From Camelus ferus (taxonomy: Eukaryota): DNA of 64,000 nt. Under the pieces are notes generated by a model. It was given only the letters and a program-made list of their open reading frames with translations, searched no databases and was not told where the DNA came from. The stretch covers positions 93,002,001 through 93,066,000 of the forward strand of contig NC_045696.1 of NCBI RefSeq assembly GCF_009834535.1, given 5' to 3'. Shown one piece after another: positions 1 to 14,390 of this stretch (its first letter is position 1; each line of letters begins with the position of its first letter). The position numbers were made by a program, and so were the translations under genes.

Positions 1-1164
1 CTCTTGGTTACCTTTTGATTTCTAAGGACAAGAGGCTTGGTCTCCATTGGAAATCTTGTAACTTGGCAGTGTGCATCAGGCGGAGAGTGGGCTGGGCTGG
101 GCTCAGGTCTGTCCCAACCCCTCGGGCACCCAAAGCAGTACTGCTTTTGTGCGGACCCAGGATCGGCAGCATCAGCACCACCTGGGAACTTACAGATGCT
201 CGCACATTGCTCCCACCAGATCTACTGACTCAAATTCAAGCCGGTGAGGGAGAGAGGCAGCAAGGTAGAATCACCCTCAGGTTTGAAATCACTGTCCTGG
301 GAATCACCACCCCGGGCCCACGCAAGAAAGGCAGGCTCGTTTGCTGTGACGGCATCTGTTGTATAAAGTTATTGCATGTGGAAAGTTTGTTGTAATCATG
401 CCGACAAAGCACTGGGCCTGTCCCAGGGATTAACATTTGTGATTTTGGGAGACCCTGGGATTAATTTTTATGATGAATATTACTCTGTAATGGGATTTTC
501 TTCATCTCAGAGAGTAAGATTTGCTAACAGAATTAAAAGCACAAACAAGGGAAATGCTTGTCTGTTTGTGAGCTGGAATTTGCCTTGAAACAATGAATAG
601 GCTAATTACAACTCTGATCTGTTCAAGTGCAAGGCTTTCTTGTTCCCTTTTCAACCCGTGTTATCTTTTGTCCTTGGAAGTAATGAAACTGTACTTCTTT
701 TAAAAACTAGCCCAACATTGGTCCTCAAATAGGGAAAACTTGCAGGATTTTATAATTGTAAAAATCCTTGAATCTAGCATCAGAGAATAGAAAACATCAA
801 GAATGAGGAAAAGAAGGAGGGAGAAAGAGAGAGAGAAGCTCACAATACAAAAGGTGTAATTTGTGAAGAAAAATCAAAGTGGAGGGGGGAGGAGGGCTGG
901 AGAGATAAGGAGGATGCAGAGGAGTCAAAAGGCACTGCAGTGGAGAAAAACACTGCTTGTCTCTATTTCTAGCAATGTAAACTGACAGACATTTACACAG
1001 TTTCCCACATTTTACACACTAAAATTGAACTAAGGCCAAGAGATGCGAAAATGAGAAGAGAAACGGGGATAACGGAGGAACGTGATGGAGGGGCAGCCGT
1101 GACACCCGAAGTCATAACTTTGTTGCTTCAGGACTTTTGTTTCCAAAGCACTTATTTCTTCCTC

Positions 1165-1285
1165 CTAATACTGTGAAGAAGGCAGAGATTAGCAATGTTA
1201 ACTCCATTTTACAGAGGAGGAGACTGAGGTCCAGAGATGATGGTTGGGGATGTATCAGGGACCCAGCAAAAGATGGAAGCCCAGT
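1165..1285 (-). mobile_element. MIR fragment
   Basis: ccattttacagaggaggagactgagg core. Confidence 0.65.
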
Positions 1286-1802
1286 GTGGAGATAATTTAG
1301 ACCGACCAAATGAGAGCAAGCAAAGGTTGTTTATTCAGCACTTGCTCTAGCAAGGGAGCCAGCCACTGTCACTTGTGTTTAATCAGAGACTCAAAGGCTG
1401 GCAGACAGGTGGGAAGCTTTGTAGTGGAAAAAGGGAAGGCTTCAGATGTGCCTGACTGAGGGCTGCTGGCAGAGAGCTACGGGCGGCATCGCTGTGATGG
1501 GTTAGGGGTGCATGGCAGGCTCTCCTCTAACTGGTCCTGAGCTGGAAGCAGGGACAAATGTTAGGGAAAATATCAGTGACTAATCAAGTCTTGGCCTTTT
1601 TGGCCCGATTGTTACAGGGGTTATTGATTGGCTTCCTGGATTTTCCTAGAGTTGTCCTGTCAGCCTGACTTGGGGAGCAGGCTGACATCCTGGCCTGGCT
1701 AATGCAGAAAATGGGTTTATTTCCTGGGCTGGTGGCTGCCGGTTGTGAGTGAAAGTTCTAAGTGTTGTCTGGCCACTGTCTGTTTAAATATTTAGTCTCT
1801 TA
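1286..1802 (-). mobile_element. ERV-type solo LTR (family not assigned)
   Basis: About 500 bp LTR-like block with tttatt (minus-strand polyA signal) near its left end. Confidence 0.5.
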
Positions 1803-2907
1803 TTATTGAGTCCTTTTTCATTTTAGGCGTTTTGTTTTGTTTTTGTTTATCCTTTTTACAAAATAAGACCAGTGTTATGCCTTCCACTTTGCTATTTCTC
1901 TGGAGGCTGTTCTGGAGAGTTCTGGAGCAGCCTCTCTCTGGGGTACACAGAGCTTTCGTGCTCCGGCTAGTTCCACGTTAGCGTTTTAGGGGAAGTCAGC
2001 GTGGGCACATTCTTTTTGGCCCCTTGAATGCTGAGCCGGTGCCCGTGAGGAGCTCTGGGTCACAGCCTCCCTCCACTCACCTGGCTCTTCTCTCCTGCTC
2101 TGTGCTGGGGAGGGACTGCTGGTGCGTCAGGTAACAGGTAAACAAAACAGTCACAATCCTGAAACCTCGTATTATAGAAATTACTTCCTTTTTCAAATAC
2201 TAGGAAATGAAACCAAAGAGATCTGAAGCCTTGGGCAGTGGGAGGTGGAGGGAGGAGAGCAAGCTTTTTGCAGAGGATCTGCTGCTTTGGTCTGAAGCCG
2301 GTCCCCCGACCTGGTGCTGGTGGCGTTGGCCGTTGTCACATGTGATTGAAGGGAGGCCCCAGGAACCTGACACAGTGCTCCAGATGTCAGGGATTTGAAT
2401 AGCCATTGGGCTCTGACCTGGCTCTCCCTCTGCTAATGCCTCTTAATTACTTGAGAGCACAAATCGATACTCTGCTGAAGGTTCAGGGCAGGGAACAGTG
2501 TTCTCAAAGCAAGGTGGCTTCCCGCCTGGTGTTTGATGAGTTGACAAGTGGGACACTTTTGCTGTAGGTGTGACCACAAGCAAAGGGAGGATTCAGGACC
2601 TGAAAGGGGGATTTTCTCTAAAAGTCTGTGTACATTATAGCCAATCCGAGTTCTCGGCTTTCCCGTGTCAGGCTTCTGGCTCATATCGGCCTCTTTTCTG
2701 TCCTCAGATATGCCAAGTTCTTCATACTCAGGGTCTCCCAACATGCTCTTCCCTCTGCCTCCAACACATCTCTTCTTTGCTTGGCTGGATCCTACTCCTC
2801 CTACATGGGCTTAAATATCGCTTTCCTGGGTGTATGGTGCCCAGTCTGGGCAAGTTCCTTTCTTGTTCACTCTTCTGTTACCCTGTACTTTTCCTTTGAA
2901 ATGCTTA

Positions 2908-3965
2908 TGTAGAGAGGTAAAATTTCCCTCGACCCCCTAATGGTCCCTGGCTGGGTCTGAAAACGTAACTGACAAAGACAGATTAACAGGGGAAAAGCAT
3001 GTACATTGATTGAAGGTGACACCGGAGCCTTCATAAGGAAATGAAGACCCAAAGAAACACTTAGACCTGAGTGTTTTATGCTAGGTCTGATGGAGAGTGG
3101 AAAGTCGCGGAGAGGTGTAATAGGACAAAGATGAACTAAGTGTAGTAAGTTGGGGGAAGCCTAGCGAGGCTTGTTAGTTCAAATTTCTCTCTGTCTCTTT
3201 GATACAAGAAAATGAATGTGGGGCTAGAGGATGGCTGTGTTCCAGGTCTCGGCTGAGTCCCTGGGACTCGCCCACCAAGTGTGGGTCCTTGGCTTTGTGG
3301 AGGAAAGAATTCAAGGTTGAGCCACAGCTGAGTAAATGTAGATTTATTCAGAGAGATACATAGTCCATAAACAGAGTGCAGGCTGTCTTGGAAGGCGAGG
3401 GAGTGAGAGGCCATGAGGGGTGATATTACTAGTTTTTATGGGCTTGGTAGCTTCATATGCTAACAAATGGGAGGATTATTCCAATTACTTTGGGGAAGGA
3501 GCTGGGGTTCTCAGGAACTGGGCCACCACCCACTTTTTGACCTTTTATGGTCAGCCTCGGAACTGTCATGGGGCCTGTGGGAGTGCCATTCACCATGTTA
3601 ATATATTACAATGAGCGTATAATGAAGCTCAAGGTCTACTACAAGTCAAATCCCCCACCATCTTGGGCCTCGAGGCCGGTTGGGAGTTGAATTCTCCACC
3701 ACCTTGGTGTTAACTGTTGTGTTATTTCTTGAATGGCTGTGCCCTGCACCCCTTTTTCTGTCTCATCTTCATCTTTGGAGATAGATAAGGATGCTCCTTT
3801 CCTCTTAGCAGCAAGAGGGCCCCTCTCACATGAGGGTTCAATGATCTGCTTCAGGGGAAACTCAGAAAGTCCTTCCTACTTATGCTGCCTCTCAAATTCC
3901 TTCAGCTTGAAATATTCAACACGGCAAGGTACCATACTTTGGGTAGCATGTCCCGAACCCTGACA
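2908..3965 (-). mobile_element. ERV1-like solo LTR (outer element of nest)
   Basis: TG...CA ends; gacagattaacagg and aatattcaa...catactttggg motifs of MER41/LTR39-like LTRs. Confidence 0.65.
3200..3765 (-). mobile_element. ERV1-like solo LTR (inner element)
   Basis: TG...CA ends with exact 4-bp TSD tctt at 3196-3199 and 3766-3769. Confidence 0.75.
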
Positions 3966-5480
3966 TTTGTCACAATTCAAATTGCACATTTGTTTGTATG
4001 ATCATTTGTTAAATGTCTTCTGTATGAGGTGGATTGTAAGTTTCCTGGGGGAAAGGACCATGTGTGCCTCCCCTCCTGAATCCCCGCCTCAGTGCCTGGC
4101 ATAGAGCTGTGCCCAACAACACGTTTTTGTTGAATGAATGAGAAGCACAATAAACATCCTGTGACTGCTCTCTTCTGCTAAATCTGATTCCCCACTGCGG
4201 GAATTTCTCTTCTCTGTTCCAACACACTCTGCTCAGGTGCCCCCCGAGTGGGTCTGCTCTCAGATTGAAAAACAGCCTGCATCTTTCCCTCAGGGAGCGA
4301 ATAGTGTGTGTCCTCCCAGTTCTGCTCAGTCTCTTCCTGGTGCTTGCCCCTGTCCCTCACCTAAACTTCTGTCTCTTATTCTGTCCTTTGTCTTTATTCT
4401 CCCGAGGAGAGAAGGGCTTGGAACACTAGGGCTGCCTTTCCTTTTGTCATTAAAAAATAAGAGCTATGCATCCTATACAAAGATGAAAGGAGCAACTGCC
4501 TTTCTTGGGATACAAGCAGACTGAGCTCTGAACAGGACAGTCATTTCTATGTGTAACCTTCACACACGTGCTCTGGCAACAGCAGAAAGGACCAGCTCAT
4601 TGCTGTGAGCACAGCCCCTGTTGGGACTGCAGCTGCAAAGCTCTAGGGGGCTGCATTTATGTATAAAATGTGAGTGGCTCCTCCTGGGGGTTGCAATGCT
4701 TAGGGGGTGCTGCTGTGCATTCTTATTGATGCATCATTCCAGCCCTGGTTTATGGATAAAAAATAAATTCACATGTTGTTCTGTGGCTTTTAAGATGAAG
4801 TTGTAGAAGTCTGGGGCTTGGAATCAAAAAGGCAGTGACTTTATCAAGTGACAAGCATAAAATGTCCCATAAGAAAGCCTTAATTTTCCAAGTCAATAAA
4901 TCTGAAAAGCGGCAACCAGACAACTGATTATATTAAAAAGAAAGAAAGAAAAAAAAGAAGCCTCTAAGTTTCCATGTTGTCAATTTGTAAGTCTGTAAGG
5001 ATTTTGTCTCACACTTACTCTTGCTTTTAGCATCTCTGGTGTGTCTCTGTGTCTATCTTCCTTCCTCCAGACAAGGTACAACATTCAAGTGCACCTGGGA
5101 TGGAGATCCTGTGGAGAGTCGGGAAGAAATGACCCTGAGTCATGCTGAGAATGGTGGTCCAGCAATGGTGGGAAGAGAAAGACAGTGGGTTCCTCTGCTG
5201 TATTTTTGTTGAAAATATTTCACTCTTATGCACAGAATAGAAAATCTAAACAACAGTTCCTTAAACACTTATGTTTCTATGTATGGATGGTTAGTTAGGT
5301 TGAGTAATGGAAAGGGCTCGAGGGTATGACTGAGACAACTTGGGACTCAGCCAAATCTTTCCACTTAAAGGGATAAGGGAACATCAGTTAGGAGGCTCTT
5401 AGTAATGCTAGAAAAAGATTATGAGCACTGAACCAAGGAACTACCATTGAGCAAAGTTTCCCTGGAGGCTGTGAGGACAC

Positions 5481-5965
5481 GTGGCAGACACTTGCATTTG
5501 GCTACTTAATGGCCATTCCAATGCACTTCTATTAATTACTTCCCATTACAGCAGTTGAGAAAAGCCAAATGCTCACTTTCCCAGCTTCCCTTGCAGCTAT
5601 GGTTGTCCAGTGAAACTTAAGAAAATGTCAACTGGGAGGATTTTACCCTTGAGAAAAGGAAAGACCATTGCAATAATTCTTCACCTTCTGCCTCCTTCAT
5701 CCACAGCTGTCCACCGATCCTAATGTTGGACATGCTCATGTAGACCTAATGCCTGCATTTGCAATGAGCATCTTGTGATCATGTGAAGAAGGCATGAGAA
5801 CCACAGAGATGTTGACTCAGGGTCCTGACCCTGTGTTGCTTTTGAGCCAGTTTTGGAACCTGTGTTCAGATTTAATTTCTGTATACTGTAAGATACTCAG
5901 GTTTGTTTTTGTTTTGGGTTTGTTTGTTTGTGTTGTTGTTGTTACAGTCAAACCTCTTTGTTAAT
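5481..5965 (+). mobile_element. Old MaLR LTR (MLT1J/K-like)
   Basis: gtggcagacac start and ttcccagcttcccttgcagct motif. Confidence 0.55.
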
Positions 5966-6019
5966 TACTTATTACATAGGACATAATGTAGTTTTCACTA
6001 GCCTAGGGAAGCAATGCAG

Positions 6020-6165
6020 ATTGATGTGGAAAAACATGGATTTTGTTTGGAATCAGACAGACCTGGGTTCTAATCCTGGCTCCATCATTTACTAGCTATG
6101 TGATTTGAACAAGGTAGTATACATCTTTGAACATGAATTTCCTCCTCTGTTAAATGAGGGAATTG
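6020..6165 (+). mobile_element. MIR
   Basis: gacagacctgggttctaatcctggctcc...tttcctcctctgttaaatg. Confidence 0.75.
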
Positions 6166-7334
6166 CAAAAGTGGACATTGAATCACACCATGAAAATAAA
6201 AGGTGTCCTAATTCTGCTCAAAAAGGGAGAATCACAGAGTAAACGCTAGGTTCAGCCATTGGAGGTATATACTCTCAGTGTTCCATAGATTGGATTTGGT
6301 TGCCCCAGACATGACCCAGCATTGTGCTTTTTTAAAGGGCAAACACAGAATTTATCAATGGCCTCTCTGTTCTTGCCAACGTTTACCTCAGACATGACAC
6401 CATCTGCAGCATGTCAGAGGGGGTTTTCCTGTTGCTTTAATACATAATTAGCAGCTGCATCTTACTGTTGCTGTCAGCTCCAAGGACCTGGTCTCTGTGG
6501 AGTCTCCACAGCGTCTGAAGCTTTGACTAGATGGGTGCCATGGCAACAGCTACATTCCTAGTGCCAGGGATGTGCTTGTTTTTCTAATAGCCAGGCACTG
6601 CCCTTCCAATTCAGGGGGAAACAAGCATGCTGTCTCTTTCCTGGGTCCTGCCACAGAGCTATCTAGTCTCTCTTTTAGCTAGTGGTCAACCTGTCTCATC
6701 AACTAGACTTCCTTCAGTTGGCTGGCCAGACAAACTCTGTGGTTTTAGGCTGTGCGGTGAAACTTTCTGGGTTGGGACTTCCCTACGTAGACACTCATTA
6801 GGGTGGAATGCCCTGAATCTAGCAAAGTGCCACTTCTGAAGGAAAAGAGAGGAATCTGATGAAACACTTCCCCTTCTTTAGAAAGCAGATTTCTTTGAAG
6901 CCACTGGCCAATTTCTCACTTGTCTTTTCTAGGAGACCAAATGTGCTCTCCCAAGAAATAAAAACTCTGAGTAAAATGCTGGATTCAGGGAGATTTTTTA
7001 GCTATTTGAGGATGCTTGGAAACTATGAAATATGTATACAACTTTTTTCTTTTTTTAGAGTGGAAGTTTAACTGCTGAGTGACCACCGTCGTGGCTCCCT
7101 GTGTTCAGCTCTGACTTGCATCAGTCCCACCTGTCACCCCTCCCCTGTGCGGGCTAGGAGCAAGGAAATTGATGAAAGCCAATGTCAGGGCCCGCACTTA
7201 GGTAGAATCTTGAACAACCAGAGTTCCTTGAGCTTTCTCTCGTCCCCAAAAAGGGGATCTAGACGGTATGTATTTTTTCTTTCTGTGAAGGAATCAATTA
7301 TGATAGTATCTTCAGTTTAGGGAAATAACATCTC

Positions 7335-8516
7335 AATTGCCCCCAAATGTCTGAACTCATTCCAGCATCAACTCTAAAGTCTAAGGCTCATAGTCTTGTT
7401 TAAATGTCGTCTAAATCAGGTGAGACTTGACAGATGATTCAACTTGAGGCAAAATTCCTCCACAACGGTGAGTCTGTGAAGCCAGAGAGGCTCTGCACTT
7501 CCAAAATACAGTGGTGGGGCAGGCCTGGGACAGATGCTTCCATCCAAAGGGAGAGACTGCAAGGAAGAGAGGTATGGTGTGTCCCAGGCCAGCCCAAAAC
7601 CTAGCAAGGCTGTCCATGAGATCTTAAGGCTCGAAAATACCCTCTTTGGTTTGGTGCTCTGTCTTCTAGGCCCACTGGGGTGGCATTGCCACCCCCCATG
7701 GCTCATTGGGGAGATAACCCATTTGGCTTCACAGGGCACCACCCCCACAGTTCTCTGAGAGTGCCCCACCCTTTAAAACCAAGGGAGAAACAGCCCTGAC
7801 CTTGGGCCTACGGTGGGGATGGTAGTCTGATGATCTCTGAATTACCTTCATAGTCATTCTTTCTTTTTCTTGAAGAATAAAGCATGTTTGCAGTTGGATA
7901 GCTCTATTCCTATTGTCCAGTTCCATAGAATCCCTAAAGTCTGACCGTCTTCTTTCTGTCCCATTTTTTCCTACCCCTCTTTTAGTCCCAGCTGGCAGCA
8001 TTTCTGCTGGTATAATCCTATCCCTATTCCTGACCTCTGTAGAGGTCACCGATAAGTCCATGGGTTGCAACATGATCTCTTTATCAAGTGATTGTTCAGT
8101 GCTCTTTTTAGAACAAGCGTTCTCATTTTTTGCTGCATGGATAGGCTGCAGATTTTCAGAATCTTCAAGTTCCTGGTTCCTTTTTGCTTAACAATTCCTT
8201 CCTCAGTTCACCTCTCCCCTCACATTTCACTAAAGTCAGTCAAGAGGAACCAGGCCACCCCTTCAACACTGTGCTTAGACATTTCCTCAGCTAAACATCC
8301 AACTCCATCATTCACAAGTTCTGTCTTCCACAAAGCATTAGAGCACAGTTGAGACTCTTTATCTCAAAGATCACCTTTTGTCCATTTCCCAATAATCTTT
8401 TCCTCATTTCTGTCTGACACCAGATTGGCCTTTACCATCCATATTTCTACCAGCATTCTGGTCACAGCAAAGCAACACATGAGTTTTGGAAGGACACAAA
8501 CGCTCAGCCCATCACA
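7335..8516 (-). mobile_element. MaLR internal sequence with LTR remnant
   Basis: aactcattccagcatcaactc and cttccaaaatacagtggtggggcaggc motifs of MLT/MST/THE1 internal regions. Confidence 0.65.
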
Positions 8517-8783
8517 GTGCTGCTGGTCTGGGGGCCACACTGAGAGCCACAGAACTTAGTAGGTCAACTGTGACATTTTATCTCTGAATTGATGGTGGTC
8601 CCTGATTTGAGAAGTTATGAAATCCTGTCTCTTACCAAAGCCTAACTAAATATGCCTAGCAGGGCCTCACTTACACTGAAAGTCATCCTGGGTATTGGAA
8701 ATGTGGAAACAAACAAGAATCATGGGAAGTATAAATTGAGAAAGGGAAGATTTGAAGCTCTCCAAATTTGTAGCATCACCTGG

Positions 8784-9090
8784 TGTTATGGACTGAACTG
8801 TATCTCCCTGCAAAATTCATAGGTTGAAGCTCTCACCCCCCAGTCCGGTGGTATTTGAAGATGGAGCATTTGGGAAGTAATTAGAGTTAGATGAGGTCAT
8901 GAGAGTGGAGTCCTTATGATGGGGTTAGTGGCTTTATAAGAAGAAAAGTGAGACACAAGGAGGTGGCTATCTGAAAGCCAGGAGAAGGCTCTCACCAGGA
9001 GCAGAATTGACTGGTGCCTTGATCTTGGACTTCCCAGCCTCCAGAACTGTGAGAAAAAATGTCTGCTGTTTAAGCACCCAGCCTGATGGA
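8784..9090 (+). mobile_element. MLT1A/B LTR
   Basis: tgttatggactgaactg...ttggacttcccagcctccagaactgtgag. Confidence 0.85.
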
Positions 9091-9699
9091 GCAGACCTAG
9101 CCTTAAACCCAAGAAATTTTTGGGAAGGAGGCCCTAGAGGGCCAGTATTTCTGACTCACTTAGCAGCACAATGAAAGGGAAGCAGGCTTTTAAAAGACCA
9201 AATGTTAGTGTATTTCTTACAATCATAAAGTAAGCCTGTTACAGTGATAATCTTTATTCCCAGTGACAGGTTTTAGAGGTGACTGAGCATGAAACTTTTA
9301 TTTTTATCAACTGGCGATTGAAAAAAGAATCTTCTGGGGCTGTTTAAGGCTCAGTGTACTGACTGTGAGCTCTTGTAATCCACGGACCTCAGTCGTCATT
9401 ATCAGACCCAGACAGGGGCGAGTAAACCCTGAGACAGATTATCAGGTCTCTGCTAACCCTCTGGGGCTGGCTGAGGGGAGGGGCAGAGAGGGCGGGCATC
9501 ACATTTCCTGGGGGAAATCTGGGGGTGTTTTTCTGATCATTATCTACCAGCTGAATGGTCACAGCTACCCTAGGATGGGAACCTATGTTTTAAGAAAGAA
9601 AAAAAAGGGAAGAATATCCTCTTACTGGAGGTGACGGTGGTATCTCAGCCTCTAATCAGGAGCAGGAAACTTGGCGTGGCACAGGGGCTCCTCCAAAGG

Positions 9700-9860
9700 C
9701 AAGCAGTGCAGCAGAAAAAGCTGGGCTTGGGAATTAGACAGTTGTGGGATTTGGTCTGGCGTCGGCCATGAGTGGACTCTGTGACTCCACATAAGTCAGT
9801 CATCTGAGCTGATATCAGTGCTTCCCTTGCAGGACGGTTCTGAGGGTTAATCACAAGTCA
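9700..9860 (+). mobile_element. MIR fragment
   Basis: Degenerate MIR body. Confidence 0.45.
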
Positions 9861-9879
9861 GAGAAGTTCCTAACCAGCC

Positions 9880-10532
9880 CCTCTGTCTCCGTGTGGGCAC
9901 CACGTGGGCCAGGCCTCCACCATCTCTTGTCTGGGCCACCTGATTGCAATCCCTGCTTCACTCTTTCCCCTCTCAGGAACCATCTCCTCACAGAGGCTAA
10001 GATATCTGAAAATATAAACCAGGTCATGTTCCACCTGCTTAAAACCTTTTAATTCTGTGGCCATATAATCAAACCCACACCCTCAACCATGGCTTATACT
10101 CTTCTGCCAGATCCAGGACATGCCTAGACTTTTGAGCCTTATCATCTTCTTAGTTCTGGTTTTTCAGTTTTGGTTTCTCAATTCTTCAAACATGCTAAAT
10201 CCTCCTCTGCCTCAGGGCCTTTGTATATACTATACCCTTTGCCTACAATGCCCTTAACCTCAGCTTTTTGCCTAGCTAATCTCCTTCTCATCTTTCACAT
10301 GGCAGACAGGCCTTCCTGAATTATCTTTCTCCTCTTTTCTTCACAGCCCTCAACACACATTGTAATTATTTCATGTTCCCTTAAAAAAAAAATCCATTTG
10401 CCCTAATAGAAAGGAATCTACACTTAGGATAAAGACCGTGTCGGTCTTGTTTACCATTGGTTCTCAGTGCCCAGCAGAGCGCCTGTCATGTAAGAGGCAC
10501 TGTGCAAATATTACTTGCATGAATGGATGAAA
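9880..10532 (+). mobile_element. L2 3' fragment
   Basis: ctcagggcctttg motif and tgaatggatgaa tail. Confidence 0.7.
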
Positions 10533-11289
10533 AAATAAATTTTTCAACACTTAAGTTGCATACAACTTCAAAAACTAGAAAATTTATCCCATTGTTTTTG
10601 CAACTTTTTTCCTTGGCATTGAGTTGCGAGTGCCATGCCACACAACCATCCACCCACACGTTGCTTTTGGTTTTTCACTTCTAGCCATGAAGACTAGACA
10701 AAAACATCTTTAAACATAGTTAAATCTTAAAAAGCACGCCACACAGCATTGTATATATGTGACTACATCTTTGTTTAAGGAAGCTACATGTATATATACA
10801 CACATATATTTAAGTGTGTGTGTGTGTATGAATAATCTCGTTAAACAATGATGTAGTCTAAATATTAGCACATAAAATAGAGGAAAGACCCATTTTACAT
10901 AGAAGTAAATGATTCTAACACAGACTTTCAAAAAACATAGGTCAAAATTATTACTTAAAGATAGTAAATTCATCATAATTTTTCATAATTATTTTGTCAA
11001 AGGCATAAAAATCATATTTTCTGTTATTTATACCGTCTAAAACATTATATTTTAATAATATTAATATTCAAAGCCTAATTCAAGCCACATGGAAGCAGGT
11101 ATTAATAAGAGTAATTCTGTGGCGCATCTATTAATATCTAGAGGAAAATGCTTCTGGGATCACATTTTAGGGACGGCTACTGAATAGGGTTCATTGATGA
11201 CACAGAGGATGAAACAGTAGATTCATAGAGGAGCTAACAGTTAAAACCCAAGTCTGAAAAGCTGACGAGGGTCTTTGCCAGATGGGTGC

Positions 11290-11445
11290 TGGCGTTGGCA
11301 GGGGAAGTGGTCCTGGTGGCGGTGGTGGCGGTGGAGGTGGTGATGTTGGCAGTGGTGATGATGACTGTGCTGATGAATTTAAAGGTGACAGTAGAGCTTA
11401 CAGCGATGGTGCTAGTGGTACTAGTGCTGAGGGGGTGGTCATGCT
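11290..11445. repeat. Degenerate (GGT/GAT)n low-complexity repeat
   Basis: Direct reading. Confidence 0.8.
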
Positions 11446-11789
11446 TGTGTTCATTAAATTCGAGTAGTGGAAGAATGAAGAAAAAGAGTGTGACAGAGAA
11501 CTATAGGTTTTTCAACATAACTGGAGCATGGTTCTTTGGAAAACATGAAGATAAAAAGGAAGTTGGGAACAGTACACAATGCTAAGCAGTTTGCGCTTTA
11601 TCTGACAAGGATAACGTATCTAATGAGGATTTTATGAAATTGTGTTAGAAAGAAGAGTGGGACTTGGGTTAGAAAGTGATTCTGGTAACCATGGGCTGAC
11701 GGGGTGCAGTGGAAGCAGTGCTTTAATTAGTTATAGGGCAATTTCTTCTCAATTCTGACCTATTTCAGGCCCCAATTCTTTTTCTTTAA

Positions 11790-14390
11790 CTTTGTTTTTA
11801 AAACCACTTTATTGGGGTATGACTGACATGTAAAAAGTTGTGCATATTTAGTGTATACAACTCAATGAGTTTGGGGATAAGGATATACTAGTGAAGCCAT
11901 CACCACCACCAAGGCCACAGGCATGCCCATCACCTTCCAAATCTTCCTCCCATTCCCTTTGTTTTATTATGATTATTGTTGTTGCTGTTATTGTAAGAGC
12001 ACAACACAAAATCTACCTTTTTTTAAAGAATTTACTTATTTATTTTTGTTGAAGTCCAGTCAGTTACAATGTGTGGATTTCAGGTGTACAGCACAATGTC
12101 CCAGTCATGCGTATACTACATGTATGTATGTACATATACTCGTTTTCATATTCTTTTTCACTAAAGGTTATTACAAGATATGGAATATAGTTCCCTGTGC
12201 TATACAGAAAAAAAATTTGTTTTTAATCTATTTTTATATATAGTGGTTATCATTTGCAAATCTCAGACTCCTAAATTTATCCCTTCCCACCCTCTTTCCC
12301 CTGGTAACCATAAGATTGCTTACTATGTTTGCAAATCTGTTTCTGTTTTGTAGATGAGTTCATAGTGTCCTCTTTTCCTTTTTTTAAAATTCCACACATG
12401 AGTGATATCATGTGATAGTTTTCATTTTAGATTATTTTACGTATTATTTTTTAGATTTTTAGATTCTTATATGTAATACACTGCAGTATTATTAGCTGTA
12501 GGCACTATGCTGTATAGTAGATCTCCAAAACTGATCTCAAACAACTGAAACTTTGTACTGTTTCACCCTCACCTCCCCATTTCCCCCTTCCCCCCAGCCT
12601 CTGGCAACCACCATTATTCTCTCTGCTTCTGTAAGTCTGACTATTTTATATTCCATGTATAAGTATTATCATGTAGTATTTGTCCTTCTATGTCTGACTT
12701 ATTTCGCATAGTATAATATCCTCCAGTTCACTCCTGTTGTTGCAAACGGCAGGATTTCCTCTTCTCAAGGTTCAGTTACATTCCATTGTATGTATATACC
12801 ACATTTTCTTTATCCATTCATTTTTCTCAATATTTACGTTGCTTCCATATCTTGGCTATTGCAAATAATGTTACAATTAACATGAGAGCGCAGGTATCTC
12901 TTCAAGACCCTGATTTAAATTCTTTTGGATATATACCCAGAAATGAGGTTGCTGGACCATATGTTATGTTTTCAATTTTTTAGGAACCACCATACTGTTT
13001 TCCATAGTGGCTGCACCAATGTACATCCCCACCAACAGTGTACAAGGGTTCCTTTTTCTCCAAATTCTTGCCAATAGCTATCTTCTCCCCCCTCCCCCAC
13101 CGCCCAATAACAGCCGTCCTAGCAGGTATGATGGGCTATCTATGGTTTTGATTTGCATTTCCCTGATGATTAGTGATGCTGAGCTCCTTTTCACATGCCT
13201 GTTGGATAGCTGTATGTCTTCTTTGGAGAAATGTCAATTCAAGTTCTTTGCTCATTTTGCAGTTGGGTTATTTATTTTGTTGTTGTTGTTGTTGTTATTG
13301 AGTTGTCACAGTTCCTTTTATATTTTGGAAATTAATCTCTTCTTAGATACATGCTTTGTAAATATTTTCTACTATTCTTTTGGTTGCCTTTTTATTTTGT
13401 TGATGGCTTCCTTTACTGTGCAGAAGCTTTTTAGTTTGATGAAGTCCCACTTGTTCATTTTTGGTTTTGGTGCCTATGCTTTTGGTGTCAAATCCAAGAA
13501 ATCATTATCAAGACTGATGTTAAAGAGCTTGCCCTCTATGTTGTCTTCTAGGTGTTTTACAGTTTCAGGTCTTAGGTTTAACTCTCTAATCTCTTTTTAG
13601 TTAATTTTTGAGAATGATGTAAAATATGGGTTCAGTTTCATTCTCTTGCATGTGGTCATCTAGTTTTCTCAACACCACCTACTGAGAGTCTGTCCATTCC
13701 CAGCTGTGTATTCTTGTCACCCGGTTGAAGATTAGTTGACTATGTAAGTGTAGGTTTATTTCTGGACTCTTTCCTCTTTTCCACTGGTCTATGTACCTGT
13801 TTTTATGCTGGTACCATACCTTTTCAATAACTTTGTAATGTAACTTGAAATCAGGAAGTGTGGTGCCTCCAGTGTGGTTCTTCCTTCTCACTGTTGCTTG
13901 AGCTATTTGGGCCTTTTGTGGTTCCATAGGAATTTTAGGATTTTTTGTTCTATTTCTGTGAAAAATGCCATTGGAATTTTGATAAGGCTTGCAGTAACTC
14001 TGCAGATCACTTTGGGTAGTGTGGACATTTTAACAGTATTAATGATTTCAGCTCATGAACGCAGGATATCTTTCCATTTATCTCTGTCTTCACTTTCTTT
14101 CATTGATGCTTTGTAATTTCAGCGTGCAGAGCCTTCACTACTTGGTTAAATTTCTTTCAAGTATTTTATTCTTTTTGATACTATTGTTAATGGGGCTGTT
14201 TTCATAATTTCTTTCTCAGGTAATTTGTTGCTGGTGTATAGAAACGTAACTGATTTTCGTATGTCAGCTCTGCATCCTGCAACCTCACTGATTTGTTTAT
14301 TAGTCCTGGCAGTTTTTCGGTGGAAGTCTTTAGGGTCCTCTCTCTATACGATCATGTCATCTGCAAGCAGATCATTTTACTCTTCCTTCA
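11790..14390 (-). mobile_element. L1 (3' UTR and ORF2 end) with younger L1 3' fragment nested at about 12020-12420
   Basis: Antisense ORF2 motifs (LPDFKLHYK, YIDQW, PEINLH); two distinct 3' UTR starts. Confidence 0.9.

Larger units (their letters stand above)
2740..4142 (+). mobile_element. L2 3' fragment split by nested LTRs
   Basis: agtgcctggcatag...gttgaatgaatga L2 tail; L2-like sequence on both sides of 2908-3965. Confidence 0.65.

Noticed and set aside
11282..11585. Gly-rich and Val-rich ORFs
   Set aside because: Translations of a degenerate trinucleotide repeat.
13007..13600. 197-aa hydrophobic ORF resembling a membrane protein
   Set aside because: It is the antisense reading of L1 ORF2/3' UTR.
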